IMG/VR virus record: IMGVR_UViG_3300037391_000121
Source of the DNA: a virus
Lineage: Duplodnaviria > Heunggongvirae > Uroviricota > Caudoviricetes
DNA: 64,000 nt
Direction: 5' to 3' (one strand)
How positions within the stretch are numbered: position 1 is the stretch's first letter; each line of letters begins with the position of its first letter. A program made the translations under genes and the position numbers. Under the pieces are notes generated by a model. That model was not told where the DNA came from. It made no database searches and was given only the letters and a program-made list of their open reading frames with translations. This document shows, one piece after another, positions 24,969 through 34,462 of the stretch.

Positions 24969-26067
24969 GGGATTCACGGAGACTCGATACGATTACTCGG
25001 CAGGGCGTGACCACGCTCCTGAGCTAACCGTGTGCGTCGGTATCAGTGGTTCTGGGAAGAGCACCGAGGTCATGCAGCGGGTGAAGCGGTCGCAGGGTAA
25101 GACCGTCCGTCTGAACCGTGACAAGATGCGTGAGATGCTGTTCTGCGGTGCGGATTGGAACAAGCACAACGAGAATTTCGTCCGCACTTGGCAGATGGAG
25201 GGGGCTCGTATTGCACTCCAGTCGGGCAAGAACGTGGTCATCGACGACACGAACTGCATCCGCAACACGCGGCAGAAGTGGGAAGAGTTTGCGGTCGAGC
25301 AGAAGGTTAAGCTGTGCTTCTTGGTTATGGACGTTCCGTTGAAGGAGTGTGTTGAGCGGGACATTGCACGCGGAGTTCCGTGCCCGACCTGTGGGACGCC
25401 AAAGGGCGTCATGGTTGGCGAGGAGATCATCCGCCGCCAGTACAAGGATTTGACGAGTTTCAATATGAGCAACCGAGACATGACGCCTACGTCGCCGACG
25501 CGAGCTTGGATGGAGCGTCAGGCCCTCTTGAAGGGCGGGTTCGTGCCTCGTCTTGTGGGGCGTCCGTGGGTGTTGTTTGACATGGACGGCACCGTAGCAG
25601 ATCACCGTGGGCAGCGGAACCCTTACGAGGAGCACAAGGTCACGCTGGACAACTGCTACGAGGTCGTTGCGGAGTGGATTCGGCAGTTGGCTCCGTCGCA
25701 CAACCTTTGCGCGGTTTCAGGCCGTCATGATTTTTGTGGGGATTTGACGTGTGAGTGGTTGGAGGGATACAACGTTCCCTTCGATCATATCCTGATGCGC
25801 TACAACGGGGACAACCGCCCCGACGTGGTGGTCAAGCAGGAAATCCTCAACGAGTTGATCGCCGTCATCGGGAAGGAGAACATCGCATTCGTTCTCGATG
25901 ACCGCCCTCAGGTAGTGAAAATGTGGAGGGCGAATGGGATCAAGGTTTACCCGGTACGCGGTGAGCCGATCCACAGGGCGGGGTGCTCGAACGGCTACGC
26001 GAAGCCGAAGGAAGGCGTGTACATCGGCGGTTTCTGCGGTGAGTGTGGTGCGTTGGAGAACTTCTAG
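24958..26067 (+). CDS. polynucleotide 5'-kinase/3'-phosphatase (T4 Pnkp-like)
   Basis: N-terminal P-loop GISGSGKST. C-terminal HAD motif VLFDMDGTV (DxDGT). Domain order kinase then phosphatase, as in T4 PseT. Confidence 0.7.
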   Translation: MANKGFTETRYDYSAGRDHAPELTVCVGISGSGKSTEVMQRVKRSQGKTVRLNRDKMREMLFCGADWNKHNENFVRTWQMEGARIALQSGKNVVIDDTNCIRNTRQKWEEFAVEQKVKLCFLVMDVPLKECVERDIARGVPCPTCGTPKGVMVGEEIIRRQYKDLTSFNMSNRDMTPTSPTRAWMERQALLKGGFVPRLVGRPWVLFDMDGTVADHRGQRNPYEEHKVTLDNCYEVVAEWIRQLAPSHNLCAVSGRHDFCGDLTCEWLEGYNVPFDHILMRYNGDNRPDVVVKQEILNELIAVIGKENIAFVLDDRPQVVKMWRANGIKVYPVRGEPIHRAGCSNGYAKPKEGVYIGGFCGECGALENF

Positions 26068-26187
26068 TGAGACGACCAGTGCCGGGGTATGTCGAACGGG
26101 CTTGCTTTCGGATGAGGGACAACAGAGACCTTATCCAATGGCTGACCGAGGCGTACCCCGACACGATGCGTTGGATTTCGTACACGA

Positions 26188-26412
26188 TTGACACGACCTT
26201 GGAGAACATGCGGAGCAGGGAAATTCAGAAGGCGCAGGAGGCCGACCGTGGACAAGCAACTCGTAGCTGATCTCAGGAAAGAGTATACGGAATTGGTCGA
26301 AGTGCTCGAAGGCGATGGCTTCTGCATTCGTCGCGAGTGCATGTGCGATCATGCGAAGCCCGTGGTGAAGATGAACGATCTCATCACGAAGTTGGAGCAG
26401 GAGGCAAACTGA
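26188..26412 (+). CDS. hypothetical protein
   Basis: ORF; the true start may be the internal GTG. Confidence 0.3.
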   Translation: MTRPWRTCGAGKFRRRRRPTVDKQLVADLRKEYTELVEVLEGDGFCIRRECMCDHAKPVVKMNDLITKLEQEAN

Positions 26413-26804
26413 TGGGGTACATGATCCTCAAGCTGAATGATGGTAAGCGAGATTTCTACCTCGAATGGTCAACGCACACTGATGCCCCGCGAACCTTCGG
26501 CATGACGCTAAATGAATTCACCGCGTTCTACCGTGACGAGTATGGTCGCAGTAGCATGTTGGAGTTTCAGGAGCGGATGGAACGGGTCGAAGCGAAAGGG
26601 ACCTCCGACTACTGCGAGGAGTCCGTGGATGAAACCATCGCCCGCAATCACGCAGGCAAGGATGGCACCTGCCTGACGAAGGAACAGATCATCAAGGTTT
26701 ACTGCCACGAACGTCAGAAGCCCGTAACGGAAGAGGGTGTTGATCCGTGGGCTGAGGAAAAGGCCGCAGAAGCGGCAATGGAAGCACGCAGAGGAGTAAT
26801 CTGA
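26412..26804 (+). CDS. hypothetical protein
   Basis: Internal Met (MGYMILKL) of ORF 26337, right after the upstream stop. Confidence 0.4.
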   Translation: MGYMILKLNDGKRDFYLEWSTHTDAPRTFGMTLNEFTAFYRDEYGRSSMLEFQERMERVEAKGTSDYCEESVDETIARNHAGKDGTCLTKEQIIKVYCHERQKPVTEEGVDPWAEEKAAEAAMEARRGVI

Positions 26805-27109
26805 TGTTGTGTTGGGGCGGTAATTCCAAGGAAACGTCGATCACTGTCGCGATGCAGCCGAACCTGTTTCAGCGAGGCGACAAGATTCGGGTGAGCGGAT
26901 TTGTGAACAGTAACAACGGTTTGTTCGTAGTCAGGCGTGCGAAGGGCACGAGCTACATCGTACAGCCTGCCGACTGGTGGGATTACGTGACGCACTACGC
27001 CTCGAAGTTCTGGAACGAAGTGCAGTGGAAGTTCTGGGGCGTGGTCAACAATTTGGAGGATTTGTGGAACCGACTGTTGGAGAGCCTAAAGCGCGTAAGA
27101 AGCAGATGA
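26804..27109 (+). CDS. hypothetical protein, 101 aa
   Basis: ORF with overlapping start. Confidence 0.4.
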   Translation: MLCWGGNSKETSITVAMQPNLFQRGDKIRVSGFVNSNNGLFVVRRAKGTSYIVQPADWWDYVTHYASKFWNEVQWKFWGVVNNLEDLWNRLLESLKRVRSR

Positions 27110-27255
27110 CACGGCACGATTGGTACATCGTGCTCACCCTGCTCATGTTTGCGAACGCGGCATTGTTCGACGGTAAACGCGGCTGGGGCATGGGCCTGAC
27201 GCTCGTCGCGATCTTGATTGTGGTTCTGGTGGACGGTTTCGGTGTTAAATTATGA
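27106..27255 (+). CDS. small membrane protein
   Basis: MTRHDWYIVLTLLMF...; internal Met of ORF 26977. Confidence 0.35.
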   Translation: MTRHDWYIVLTLLMFANAALFDGKRGWGMGLTLVAILIVVLVDGFGVKL

Positions 27256-28391
27256 CGGTTTTCCTCAAGGACGTTTTGCCTGTCGATTTGCTGAACAAGC
27301 ATATCGAGGACGGCGTAATCCGTAAGCAGGTCCACCCCGACTATCCCGACCAGCTTTACATCTTGAACTATTCCGAGCAGGCTCAGTTCGGTCGCATCTG
27401 GGATGCGGCAACCAACGTGTGCCGTGGATTGGTCTGCGCCATTACGCCTGACGGCGACGTTGTGATTGCACGCGGATTCAACAAGTTCCACAATTACAAC
27501 ACGGAGTACCTGCCCGAGACGATGGACGCAAACTTGCCGCCCGTCACACCGCTGGCGACCCAGAAGTTGGATGGGTCGATGGGGCTCCCGTACTATTGGG
27601 ACGGCAAGTGGTGGGTTGCAACTCGCGGCTCGTTCGCTTCGGATCAGGCAAAATGGGCGACCGAGTGGCTCCGTCACAACTATCCGCTCTTCCACTCGGG
27701 TTCGTTCTCCACGCCCGTGTGCGAGGTAATCTACAAGGAGAACCGCATCGTCGTTGATTACGACTTTGAGGGACTCGTGTTGCTTGGCTTCGTGGACTTG
27801 GCGACTGGTTACGAACTCGGTCGGCTGTTCTGCGAGGATTGGGCATTCGCAAAGCAGTTCCCTATCGTCAAGAAGTTCGATAAGACGTTGGCGGAATGTG
27901 CTGCCGAGAACAACTTGAACGAAGAGGGCTACGTCTTGACTTACGACAAGGGGCGTGATGTAGCGCCCTTGAAGATCAAGGTGAAGTTCGCGGACTATGT
28001 GCGCTTGCACCGCATCTTGACTGGCTTGAATCCCAAGGCGATCTGGGAGATGTTGGAGGCCGGACAGAACGAGGCAATCGACACCATCATCGCCGACCCG
28101 ACGATGCCTGCGCCGTTCATCGCGTGGTTTTCGGGATGGGTGGAGCAGTTCCGTGCTCGGCATCGGGAGATGGAGCGGAAGGCACTGTACGTGTTCGACC
28201 GCCGCCCGAAGAACGATCTCGGCGATTTGGGTCCTGCCCTGCACCGCAAGTCGGTCGCTTTGTACTTCCAGAAGACGCCCGAGTTGTGCTCGATCCTGTT
28301 CGCGTTGCTGGACGGCAAGAACCATGCGTCCATCATTTGGGATCGCCTCAAGCCCAAGGCGACGGACACTTTCAAGAAGGACGGGGAGTGA
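27252..28391 (+). CDS. RNA ligase (T4 Rnl1-like, ATP-dependent)
   Basis: Nucleotidyltransferase motif I QKLDGSMG (KxDG lysine) at about residue 104. ATGA overlap upstream. Confidence 0.65.
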   Translation: MTVFLKDVLPVDLLNKHIEDGVIRKQVHPDYPDQLYILNYSEQAQFGRIWDAATNVCRGLVCAITPDGDVVIARGFNKFHNYNTEYLPETMDANLPPVTPLATQKLDGSMGLPYYWDGKWWVATRGSFASDQAKWATEWLRHNYPLFHSGSFSTPVCEVIYKENRIVVDYDFEGLVLLGFVDLATGYELGRLFCEDWAFAKQFPIVKKFDKTLAECAAENNLNEEGYVLTYDKGRDVAPLKIKVKFADYVRLHRILTGLNPKAIWEMLEAGQNEAIDTIIADPTMPAPFIAWFSGWVEQFRARHREMERKALYVFDRRPKNDLGDLGPALHRKSVALYFQKTPELCSILFALLDGKNHASIIWDRLKPKATDTFKKDGE

Positions 28392-28845
28392 GTGCTTCAC
28401 CCTGCTCAGCACGCTTTATCCAGTTGTGATTTGCACAGAGCAGTTGGTAGTTCTTACCCCCGTCCGCTAGAACTTTTTTCAAGTAGGTTTCTTGTGCCAG
28501 ACCTCTTAACTCTTTACAACCGCCTCCGAATTTATGGTCAATCTGGAGAGCCCTCGGGTCTGTCCATCCGCAACCCGGCCAAGCACATTGATTCCCCAGC
28601 ATTGCGAACACGGCTTCCTTACGCCGCGCTCGTGTCTGTCTGCTGTAGCCGTTATATCGTTCTCGATTGTTTTTCTTGGTTGCGGCTGTTACGGCAATGC
28701 ATTTTTCACGGTGGTTTTTGTAATGCTCGGCGCTTTTCTGCCGCTGTATTTGTAAACAGGTTTCACAGCAGGTTTTTCCGCCTGCTGTTGGATTCGGGCA
28801 ACGTGCACATTTCATGAAATAACCCCCTCTATAATAGGGGTTCAT
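28372..28845 (-). mobile_element. free-standing HNH homing endonuclease, opposite strand, inserted between the RNA ligase and CCA genes
   Basis: CAWPGCGW..LQIDH..LLCANHNW HNH motif plus N-terminal Cys cluster. The only minus-strand gene in the plus block. Overlaps the ligase 3' end by 20 nt. Confidence 0.65.
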
Positions 28846-28886
28846 AGCATAAAGATTTGTAAGTAGTTACAAAATAAGGGGTTATT

Positions 28887-28924
28887 CCTAAAGTTTTCGG
28901 GCGTTTCCTTGGTATAATAGGGGT
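28887..28924 (+). promoter_or_regulatory. conserved promoter element, copy 3
   Basis: CCTAAAGTTTTCGGGCGTTTCCTTGGTATAATAGGGGT then ATG at 28927. Confidence 0.55.
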
Positions 28925-28926
28925 AT

Positions 28927-29184
28927 ATGAGACGAAGCTTTCTGGATTCGATGCTGTCATTCGTGGGTCGGTGTACCCACGACCGTTATTCATTTCCCCA
29001 GACGATCAAGGCAGGCAAGGACAAGGGCAAGACCACGGTCTCCTGCTTGGACTGCGGCAAGACGCTGCCGTATGATTGGGCGGGGTTGGGCGCGGAGGAA
29101 GAAATCAAACCCCCCAAGATGACGGCACCGAGGGTTATCGTGATCGAGAAGACGGGAACGTATCTCATAGGAGAACAAAAGTGA
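28927..29184 (+). CDS. small zinc-finger protein, 85 aa
   Basis: CTHDRY..CLDCGKTLPYDW. Confidence 0.45.
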   Translation: MRRSFLDSMLSFVGRCTHDRYSFPQTIKAGKDKGKTTVSCLDCGKTLPYDWAGLGAEEEIKPPKMTAPRVIVIEKTGTYLIGEQK

Positions 29185-30500
29185 ACAGATTCGCCGCAAC
29201 CACAGTCATCCGAGAATTGCAGAGGAACGGCTTTGAAGCTTTCCTCGTAGGCGGCTGCGTGCGCGACATGATCCTCGGCAATGAGCCGAAGGATTTCGAC
29301 GTGACCACGAATGCTCTCCCTGAACAGGTGCAGGCGATCTTCGCCAAGACCTTGCCAGTCGGCGTCAGCTTCGGTGTGGTTATCGTTGTGGTGGATGTTG
29401 ACGGCAAGGGCGAGCAGATCGAAGTCGCTACCTACCGCAAGGACGGCGTGTACTCCGATGGTCGGCGTCCCGACACGGTTGAGTACGGCAAGACTGCACG
29501 GGAAGACGTGGAACGTCGCGACTTCACCATGAACGGCCTGCTCCTGACGACGCCGATGGATTTCCCCGTCAAAGGTGTCACCGCCGCAGACCACGACATG
29601 TTCGACGGCTACGGCATTGTTGACTTTGTTGGTGGACGGGAAGACATCAAGGCTCGGCTTATCCGCTGCATCGGTGACCCCAACAAGCGGTTCACGGAAG
29701 ATGCCCTGCGGATGATGAGGGCCGTGCGCTTCGCCGCGAAACTCGGCTTCGACATCGAGCCCGAGACGTTGAAGGCGATCACCGTCAATGCACCGAAGAT
29801 GGTGAACATCAGCCGCGAGCGAGTGGCGATGGAACTGTTCAAGTTGCTGACGGCTCCATTCCCTCTTAAGGGGCTCGTGCCCCTGTTCGCCTCGGGGTTG
29901 GCGGCACACGTGTTCCCGAAGGAATTTATGGACAACGTGCTGCTTGGCCGCACGCTGCGGCGATTCACGGAATTTCCTACGTCGAATCCAACATTGGCGA
30001 TGGCAATGTTTCTCAGCGATACGTCGAATCCTAAGACGCCGATGACGATGGCCTTGAGTTTGAAGCTGAGCAACGACGAGAAAACACAGATCGTGACGGC
30101 GCTGCTGTATGTCAGTGCGATCCCGAAGGCGCGGGAGTACGCCAGCACGCCCGCTCATTTTATTCGGACGATGCGAGTTCCGGGAATCGAATTGGGTCTG
30201 GAGATTGCCATCCAGAACGAAATGCTCGGCATAACCAACGTCGGCAATGAGGCTCTGATGTCGATTGTTAACGACTACCGGGGTCTGACGCCTGAGGAAA
30301 TTTACCCGAAGCCGTTGGTGACGGGGGACGATTTGATCGCCGCTGGCTACACGCCGAGCAAGGTGTTCCGCGACGTTCTGTACGTCATCGAAACGGAACA
30401 GTTGGACGGCAAGCTGACCACTCACGAGCAGGCCCTACAGCGTGCGATTGTGCTCATGACTGGCATCTGTACCGAACGTGTTGCTGAGGGCGGTGCGTGA
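29181..30500 (+). CDS. cca: tRNA nucleotidyltransferase (CCA-adding enzyme / poly(A) polymerase family)
   Basis: Head-domain motif FLVGGCVRDMILGNEPKDFDVTT (GGxVRD...DxD). GTG start after AGGAGAA with a GTGA overlap; in frame with ORF 29076. Confidence 0.7.
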   Translation: MNRFAATTVIRELQRNGFEAFLVGGCVRDMILGNEPKDFDVTTNALPEQVQAIFAKTLPVGVSFGVVIVVVDVDGKGEQIEVATYRKDGVYSDGRRPDTVEYGKTAREDVERRDFTMNGLLLTTPMDFPVKGVTAADHDMFDGYGIVDFVGGREDIKARLIRCIGDPNKRFTEDALRMMRAVRFAAKLGFDIEPETLKAITVNAPKMVNISRERVAMELFKLLTAPFPLKGLVPLFASGLAAHVFPKEFMDNVLLGRTLRRFTEFPTSNPTLAMAMFLSDTSNPKTPMTMALSLKLSNDEKTQIVTALLYVSAIPKAREYASTPAHFIRTMRVPGIELGLEIAIQNEMLGITNVGNEALMSIVNDYRGLTPEEIYPKPLVTGDDLIAAGYTPSKVFRDVLYVIETEQLDGKLTTHEQALQRAIVLMTGICTERVAEGGA

Positions 30501-31108
30501 GTACCGCCCCCATTTTCCTGACGGGCACCCCTCCCTCCCGTTTCAGGATGGTCTACTTCCTGCTCGACCCGACGAGCTACAAGGAAACTAACAAGCTGGA
30601 GCAGCTAGTCAGGCAGACTTTCCCCCACGTCAGATTTTTGGAACTGTACCTTCCGCCGTACAGAGTTTACGAGAAGCAAGTAGAACTTTGGGCGTCCGAT
30701 CTGCTCCCACTCCTAATGCCAAACATTTTGCTGGTGGGCGTTGGCCGTGCGGGTACTGCGGCCTGCTGGCTGCAAGAACACTTCCCCGATCTGAATCTGT
30801 CGGTCATGGCTATAAACGCTCCGACCGAGGAGCCTGATTTCACAGTCGAGCGACGGCACGCGAATCGAGTGGCTCTCTTTTCCAAGGACTATCCGCAGAT
30901 CAAGGGCTATACCCAGAATTGGTCATGGATGGCCGAATTTTCATTTGACGTAGGCTGGCTCCAGCATGGTATTCTTTCTGAGAGTGGTGCGAATCTTTGC
31001 AAGTATTCGGTGCTGTACTTCATCACCGCGTACCTCATGCAACCGGACATCAGGGAATCGTGTTCCAAAGTCATTGGGGACGGAGAGTACGAGTCATTCT
31101 TGCCATGA
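30497..31108 (+). CDS. hypothetical protein, 203 aa
   Basis: ORF with overlapping start. Confidence 0.45.
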   Translation: MSTAPIFLTGTPPSRFRMVYFLLDPTSYKETNKLEQLVRQTFPHVRFLELYLPPYRVYEKQVELWASDLLPLLMPNILLVGVGRAGTAACWLQEHFPDLNLSVMAINAPTEEPDFTVERRHANRVALFSKDYPQIKGYTQNWSWMAEFSFDVGWLQHGILSESGANLCKYSVLYFITAYLMQPDIRESCSKVIGDGEYESFLP

Positions 31109-31347
31109 AACGGGCTTTGTTCATCACCAAGAAAACTTGGGACTATTACGAGCGGCATTGTCGGGGCAAGATCAAGCATGTCGCCATCCATCAGGCCCAG
31201 ACCCACGTTAACGAACTCAAGAAAAAGAAGCCCGCCGAGGACTTCAACTTCTACGTTTGCCGTTTCTGTTCGAAGCTGCACGTAGGGCACATCAAGACCA
31301 ATCCCACCGTCAAAGAGCAGGCTTTGGGGGCATCCGCAGGCGTCTGA
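31105..31347 (+). CDS. hypothetical protein
   Basis: Internal Met (MKRALF) overlapping the upstream stop; Cys and His containing. Confidence 0.4.
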   Translation: MKRALFITKKTWDYYERHCRGKIKHVAIHQAQTHVNELKKKKPAEDFNFYVCRFCSKLHVGHIKTNPTVKEQALGASAGV

Positions 31348-31396
31348 TTTGCTTTTTTTCGTTAGTAGCAGTATTATTAACTGGAAGGATAACCCA

Positions 31397-31618
31397 ATGA
31401 AACTCTACCTCAAAGTTTTACTCATCCTGCTGTTCGCTGTAGCCAACTACTACGGCTTCAAATACAGCGCGTTGGGACTGAACTACCCACACGATGCCGC
31501 TTTTATCGGCGGCTTGTTCGGCCTCGCTACACTGCTCGTCACGGACTTCCTTATCATTCGCAAGGTTGTCCTTAACTTCATCAAAAAGGAAACGCCACAA
31601 ACCAATGAAACCAAGTAA
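31397..31618 (+). CDS. small membrane protein
   Basis: GGAAGGA SD then MKLYLKVLLILLF. Confidence 0.4.
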   Translation: MKLYLKVLLILLFAVANYYGFKYSALGLNYPHDAAFIGGLFGLATLLVTDFLIIRKVVLNFIKKETPQTNETK

Positions 31619-32522
31619 GCTGCTCCTCTCCCTCGCCGTGCTCGCCGTCGCATTCCTGACAGGCTGCACCCGTATCGGCCCCGGTCACGCTGGCATCGTT
31701 GTCAATGCTGCTGGATCGGACAAAGGTGTTTCCCAACAGACCGCCTCGACAGGCTGGTTCTGGTACAACCCATTCACCGAGTCGGTGATTGAGTATCAAA
31801 CGGCCCAACGTCTGGAAAAGTGGACGAAGGACACCAACGAAGGCAAGCCGATCAACGAGGAAGTTTCCTTTACGAACAAGGACTCGATGGTCATCAATGC
31901 CGACGTGGGTATCGCTTTCTCGCTTGACCCCAACAGCGTGCCGAAGTTCTACGTCAAGTTCCTTGCCAAAGACGAAGATGATCTGGACGCGAAGTTCACC
32001 AACGGCTACTTGAAGAACCAAGTGCGAAACTGCCTCAACGAACTTGCTGGGCAGTACGACATCAAGCAGATCATGGGTGACAACGCGGAATTCCTCAAGC
32101 GCACTCACGCCTGCATTCAAGATGACGTGAAGCAATGGGGCGTCAACGTTGACCAGTTCGGTTTAATTGGTGCTCCTCGACCGCCAGAGCAGATCGTGAC
32201 TGCCATCAACGGTAAGGTATCCGCCGAGCAGGACGCGCAACGCAAGGTAATTGAGTTGCAACAGTTCACGGCTGATGCCAACAAAACCGTTGTGCAAGCT
32301 GAGGGTCAGGCCAAGGCACAGGTTGCTCTCGCCAACGGTGAAGCGGAAGCCAACCGCATCCGCAACGCCAGCATCACGGACAACATTCTCAAACTCCGTG
32401 CACTGGAAAACCAGCGAGCGTTGATCGACAAGCTGCAACCCGGAGTATTGCCAAGCACGCTCGTTACGGGCGGCGGAAACAACGTCCCGGGCCTGTTGTT
32501 TCAGGTTCCAGCAGGCAAGTAA
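31605..32522 (+). CDS. SPFH/band-7 (HflK/prohibitin-like) lipoprotein
   Basis: Signal peptide with lipobox LTGC. SPFH-like core. C-terminal QAEGQAKAQVALANGEAEANRIR coiled region. Confidence 0.6.
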   Translation: MKPSKLLLSLAVLAVAFLTGCTRIGPGHAGIVVNAAGSDKGVSQQTASTGWFWYNPFTESVIEYQTAQRLEKWTKDTNEGKPINEEVSFTNKDSMVINADVGIAFSLDPNSVPKFYVKFLAKDEDDLDAKFTNGYLKNQVRNCLNELAGQYDIKQIMGDNAEFLKRTHACIQDDVKQWGVNVDQFGLIGAPRPPEQIVTAINGKVSAEQDAQRKVIELQQFTADANKTVVQAEGQAKAQVALANGEAEANRIRNASITDNILKLRALENQRALIDKLQPGVLPSTLVTGGGNNVPGLLFQVPAGK

Positions 32523-32717
32523 GTGAGCCTGTGTCCGAACTATTGCGAATGCCGCTCCTGTAAGCATGGCGTGAAGGTCTGCGAAGGGTACGAGTACGGT
32601 ACTGGTTGCAGAGAATGCCAAGCTGAGCAGGAGCGGCGTTTGCATCAGACGGAACACGAAGCCAGCGTAAAACGTCAACGAGCAAAGATTAAGAAGGCAC
32701 CGTGGTATCAGCCATAA
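32523..32717 (+). CDS. small Cys-rich protein
   Basis: CPNYCECRSCKHG..CEGYEYGTGCRECQ. Confidence 0.4.
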   Translation: MSLCPNYCECRSCKHGVKVCEGYEYGTGCRECQAEQERRLHQTEHEASVKRQRAKIKKAPWYQP

Positions 32718-32920
32718 TCCGAGCCCTAAAGATCAGCGGCATCCTCCTGACAGTGCTTTTCTGCGTAATCTGCGTGGTGATCGGTTGTCTTGCCTTTGTA
32801 CTTGGGGCGATCAACGACCAGCCCGACGCCTCGGTCTATGGCTTTATCATTGCCGCGTTCTGCGGTTACATGATATTATGTCTCTTTGACCCCCTCAACA
32901 AGGTGATCGATGAAAAATAA
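32702..32920 (+). CDS. small membrane protein, 72 aa
   Basis: Two TM helices. Confidence 0.4.
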   Translation: MVSAIIRALKISGILLTVLFCVICVVIGCLAFVLGAINDQPDASVYGFIIAAFCGYMILCLFDPLNKVIDEK

Positions 32921-33650
32921 GTGGCCCAACGAACTGTTGATTTGCAGGCACGGCGAATCAGAGGCCAACGTCCGCAAGAATGCCGCCAAAGCTAGGGGCG
33001 AGGAGCCCGCGTGGACTGGCGTACTTCGGGATATGGACTCTCCGCTGACAGGATTGGGGCTGCGGCAGGCTTACTCCCTCGGTGTACATCTTCGCCAGCT
33101 ATATCCCGCCACTCTGGGCTACAAGTTCCACAATGTTTGCAAGGGTGGGATGCTGGAATACATCGTCACATCGCCCTACCTTCGCTCGCGACAGACTACG
33201 GCTGAGATCATTCGGGGGCTGGACTACACGCCTGAGGTTGTGGTTGATGAGCGTCTCCGCGAGATTGATTTTGGCATCATGGACGGCATTGACCGAAAGA
33301 AGTTCCGCGAGCTTTTCCCAACCGAGGCTGACCGTCGTGACCGTGACGGTAAATATTGGTATCGCCCGCCCGGTGGCGAGAACCGTCCTGATTGCCGCCT
33401 ACGAGTCCACAGTTTCCTTGACACCCTGAATCGTGATTATGTGGACACCAAGACCTTAATTTCGTGCCATAGCGTCATCGTGCTTGCTTTCCGCAGTCTG
33501 CTCGAACGATGGGGCGAAGCAGAGTATATGCAAGTGGACAAGGAAGACGACGTTAAGAATTGTGGGCTGACCATCTACAAGCGAGAAGACAGGCGGCGGC
33601 TCAAGTTGCAGGAGTACAATACCGTGGCGTTGCCACTAGGGAGTTACTAA
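32910..33650 (+). CDS. histidine phosphatase (phosphoglycerate-mutase family)
   Basis: RHGESEAN catalytic motif near the N-terminus. Confidence 0.6.
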   Translation: MKNKWPNELLICRHGESEANVRKNAAKARGEEPAWTGVLRDMDSPLTGLGLRQAYSLGVHLRQLYPATLGYKFHNVCKGGMLEYIVTSPYLRSRQTTAEIIRGLDYTPEVVVDERLREIDFGIMDGIDRKKFRELFPTEADRRDRDGKYWYRPPGGENRPDCRLRVHSFLDTLNRDYVDTKTLISCHSVIVLAFRSLLERWGEAEYMQVDKEDDVKNCGLTIYKREDRRRLKLQEYNTVALPLGSY

Positions 33651-34030
33651 TGAAGAAAACCGAAACAACCGTGCCAGTGATGGCGAATCAGCGTCCATGG
33701 AACGAGCTTGTCCTACAGGGACGCCGCACGTTCAAGACTCTCAATTTCGACTGGAAGCACCGAGGGCCGATCCTCCTCTACAACTCATTGAAGGTCGATG
33801 CGGAGGGCTGCGAGGAGTACGACTTCGCAGTTGAGGATGCCAAGAAGCAGCCCGTCAAAACAATTGTAGGCACCGTGACGGTGACCGATGTGCTTGACTA
33901 TGGCTTCTATTATGCGGTTTTTCTAAGCAACCCGAAGCGGTTCAAGAAACCGATCCCGTTTGCTAAGCCTGCGGGAGCCGTCCGTGTGTTCCGTGCCCCC
34001 GCCAAGCTGCTCAAAAGGGCAACCGTATGA
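33650..34030 (+). CDS. hypothetical protein (possible ASCH/PUA-like fold)
   Basis: Internal Met of ORF 33560 with ATGA-type overlap; fold assignment is weak. Confidence 0.35.
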   Translation: MKKTETTVPVMANQRPWNELVLQGRRTFKTLNFDWKHRGPILLYNSLKVDAEGCEEYDFAVEDAKKQPVKTIVGTVTVTDVLDYGFYYAVFLSNPKRFKKPIPFAKPAGAVRVFRAPAKLLKRATV

Positions 34031-34184
34031 ATCCCTGCGTAACCAACGCCGCCGCTGACGAATCTTTCCGCGTTCTGACCCTGCTGGTCTTGAAGGGTTT
34101 CTGTGGTTACATCGGTGTCCTGATCGTGATGGGCATTGGTGAATGGATTTCCGAGAACCGCCGCATCGCCCGAGGCGAGGAACC

Positions 34185-34415
34185 ATGTCTGTACATCTGA
34201 TGGAGCCGCCGCTCACCGTGGCGAAGCTAAAAGAGATTCCCACGATACTTGAGGTTTACGACTGCAACGACAGTCGCTCGATTCCGCCCGGAATCCTCAT
34301 GATCTTTGTGGATGGGCCTGAACTCAACGACCTGATTCTAGAGGTACTCCCTGTCGGCGTCTGTGCGGAGATCATCACTTGGTCATTCGACCCAAAAATC
34401 GTCAATGAAAACTAA
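34185..34415 (+). CDS. hypothetical protein
   Basis: GAGGCGAGGAACC then ATG; internal Met of ORF 34143. Confidence 0.4.
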   Translation: MSVHLMEPPLTVAKLKEIPTILEVYDCNDSRSIPPGILMIFVDGPELNDLILEVLPVGVCAEIITWSFDPKIVNEN

Positions 34416-34462
34416 CCAAAATTCGATTTCCTTAGGTAGAATGTCCCTGTGGGGGACATCTC

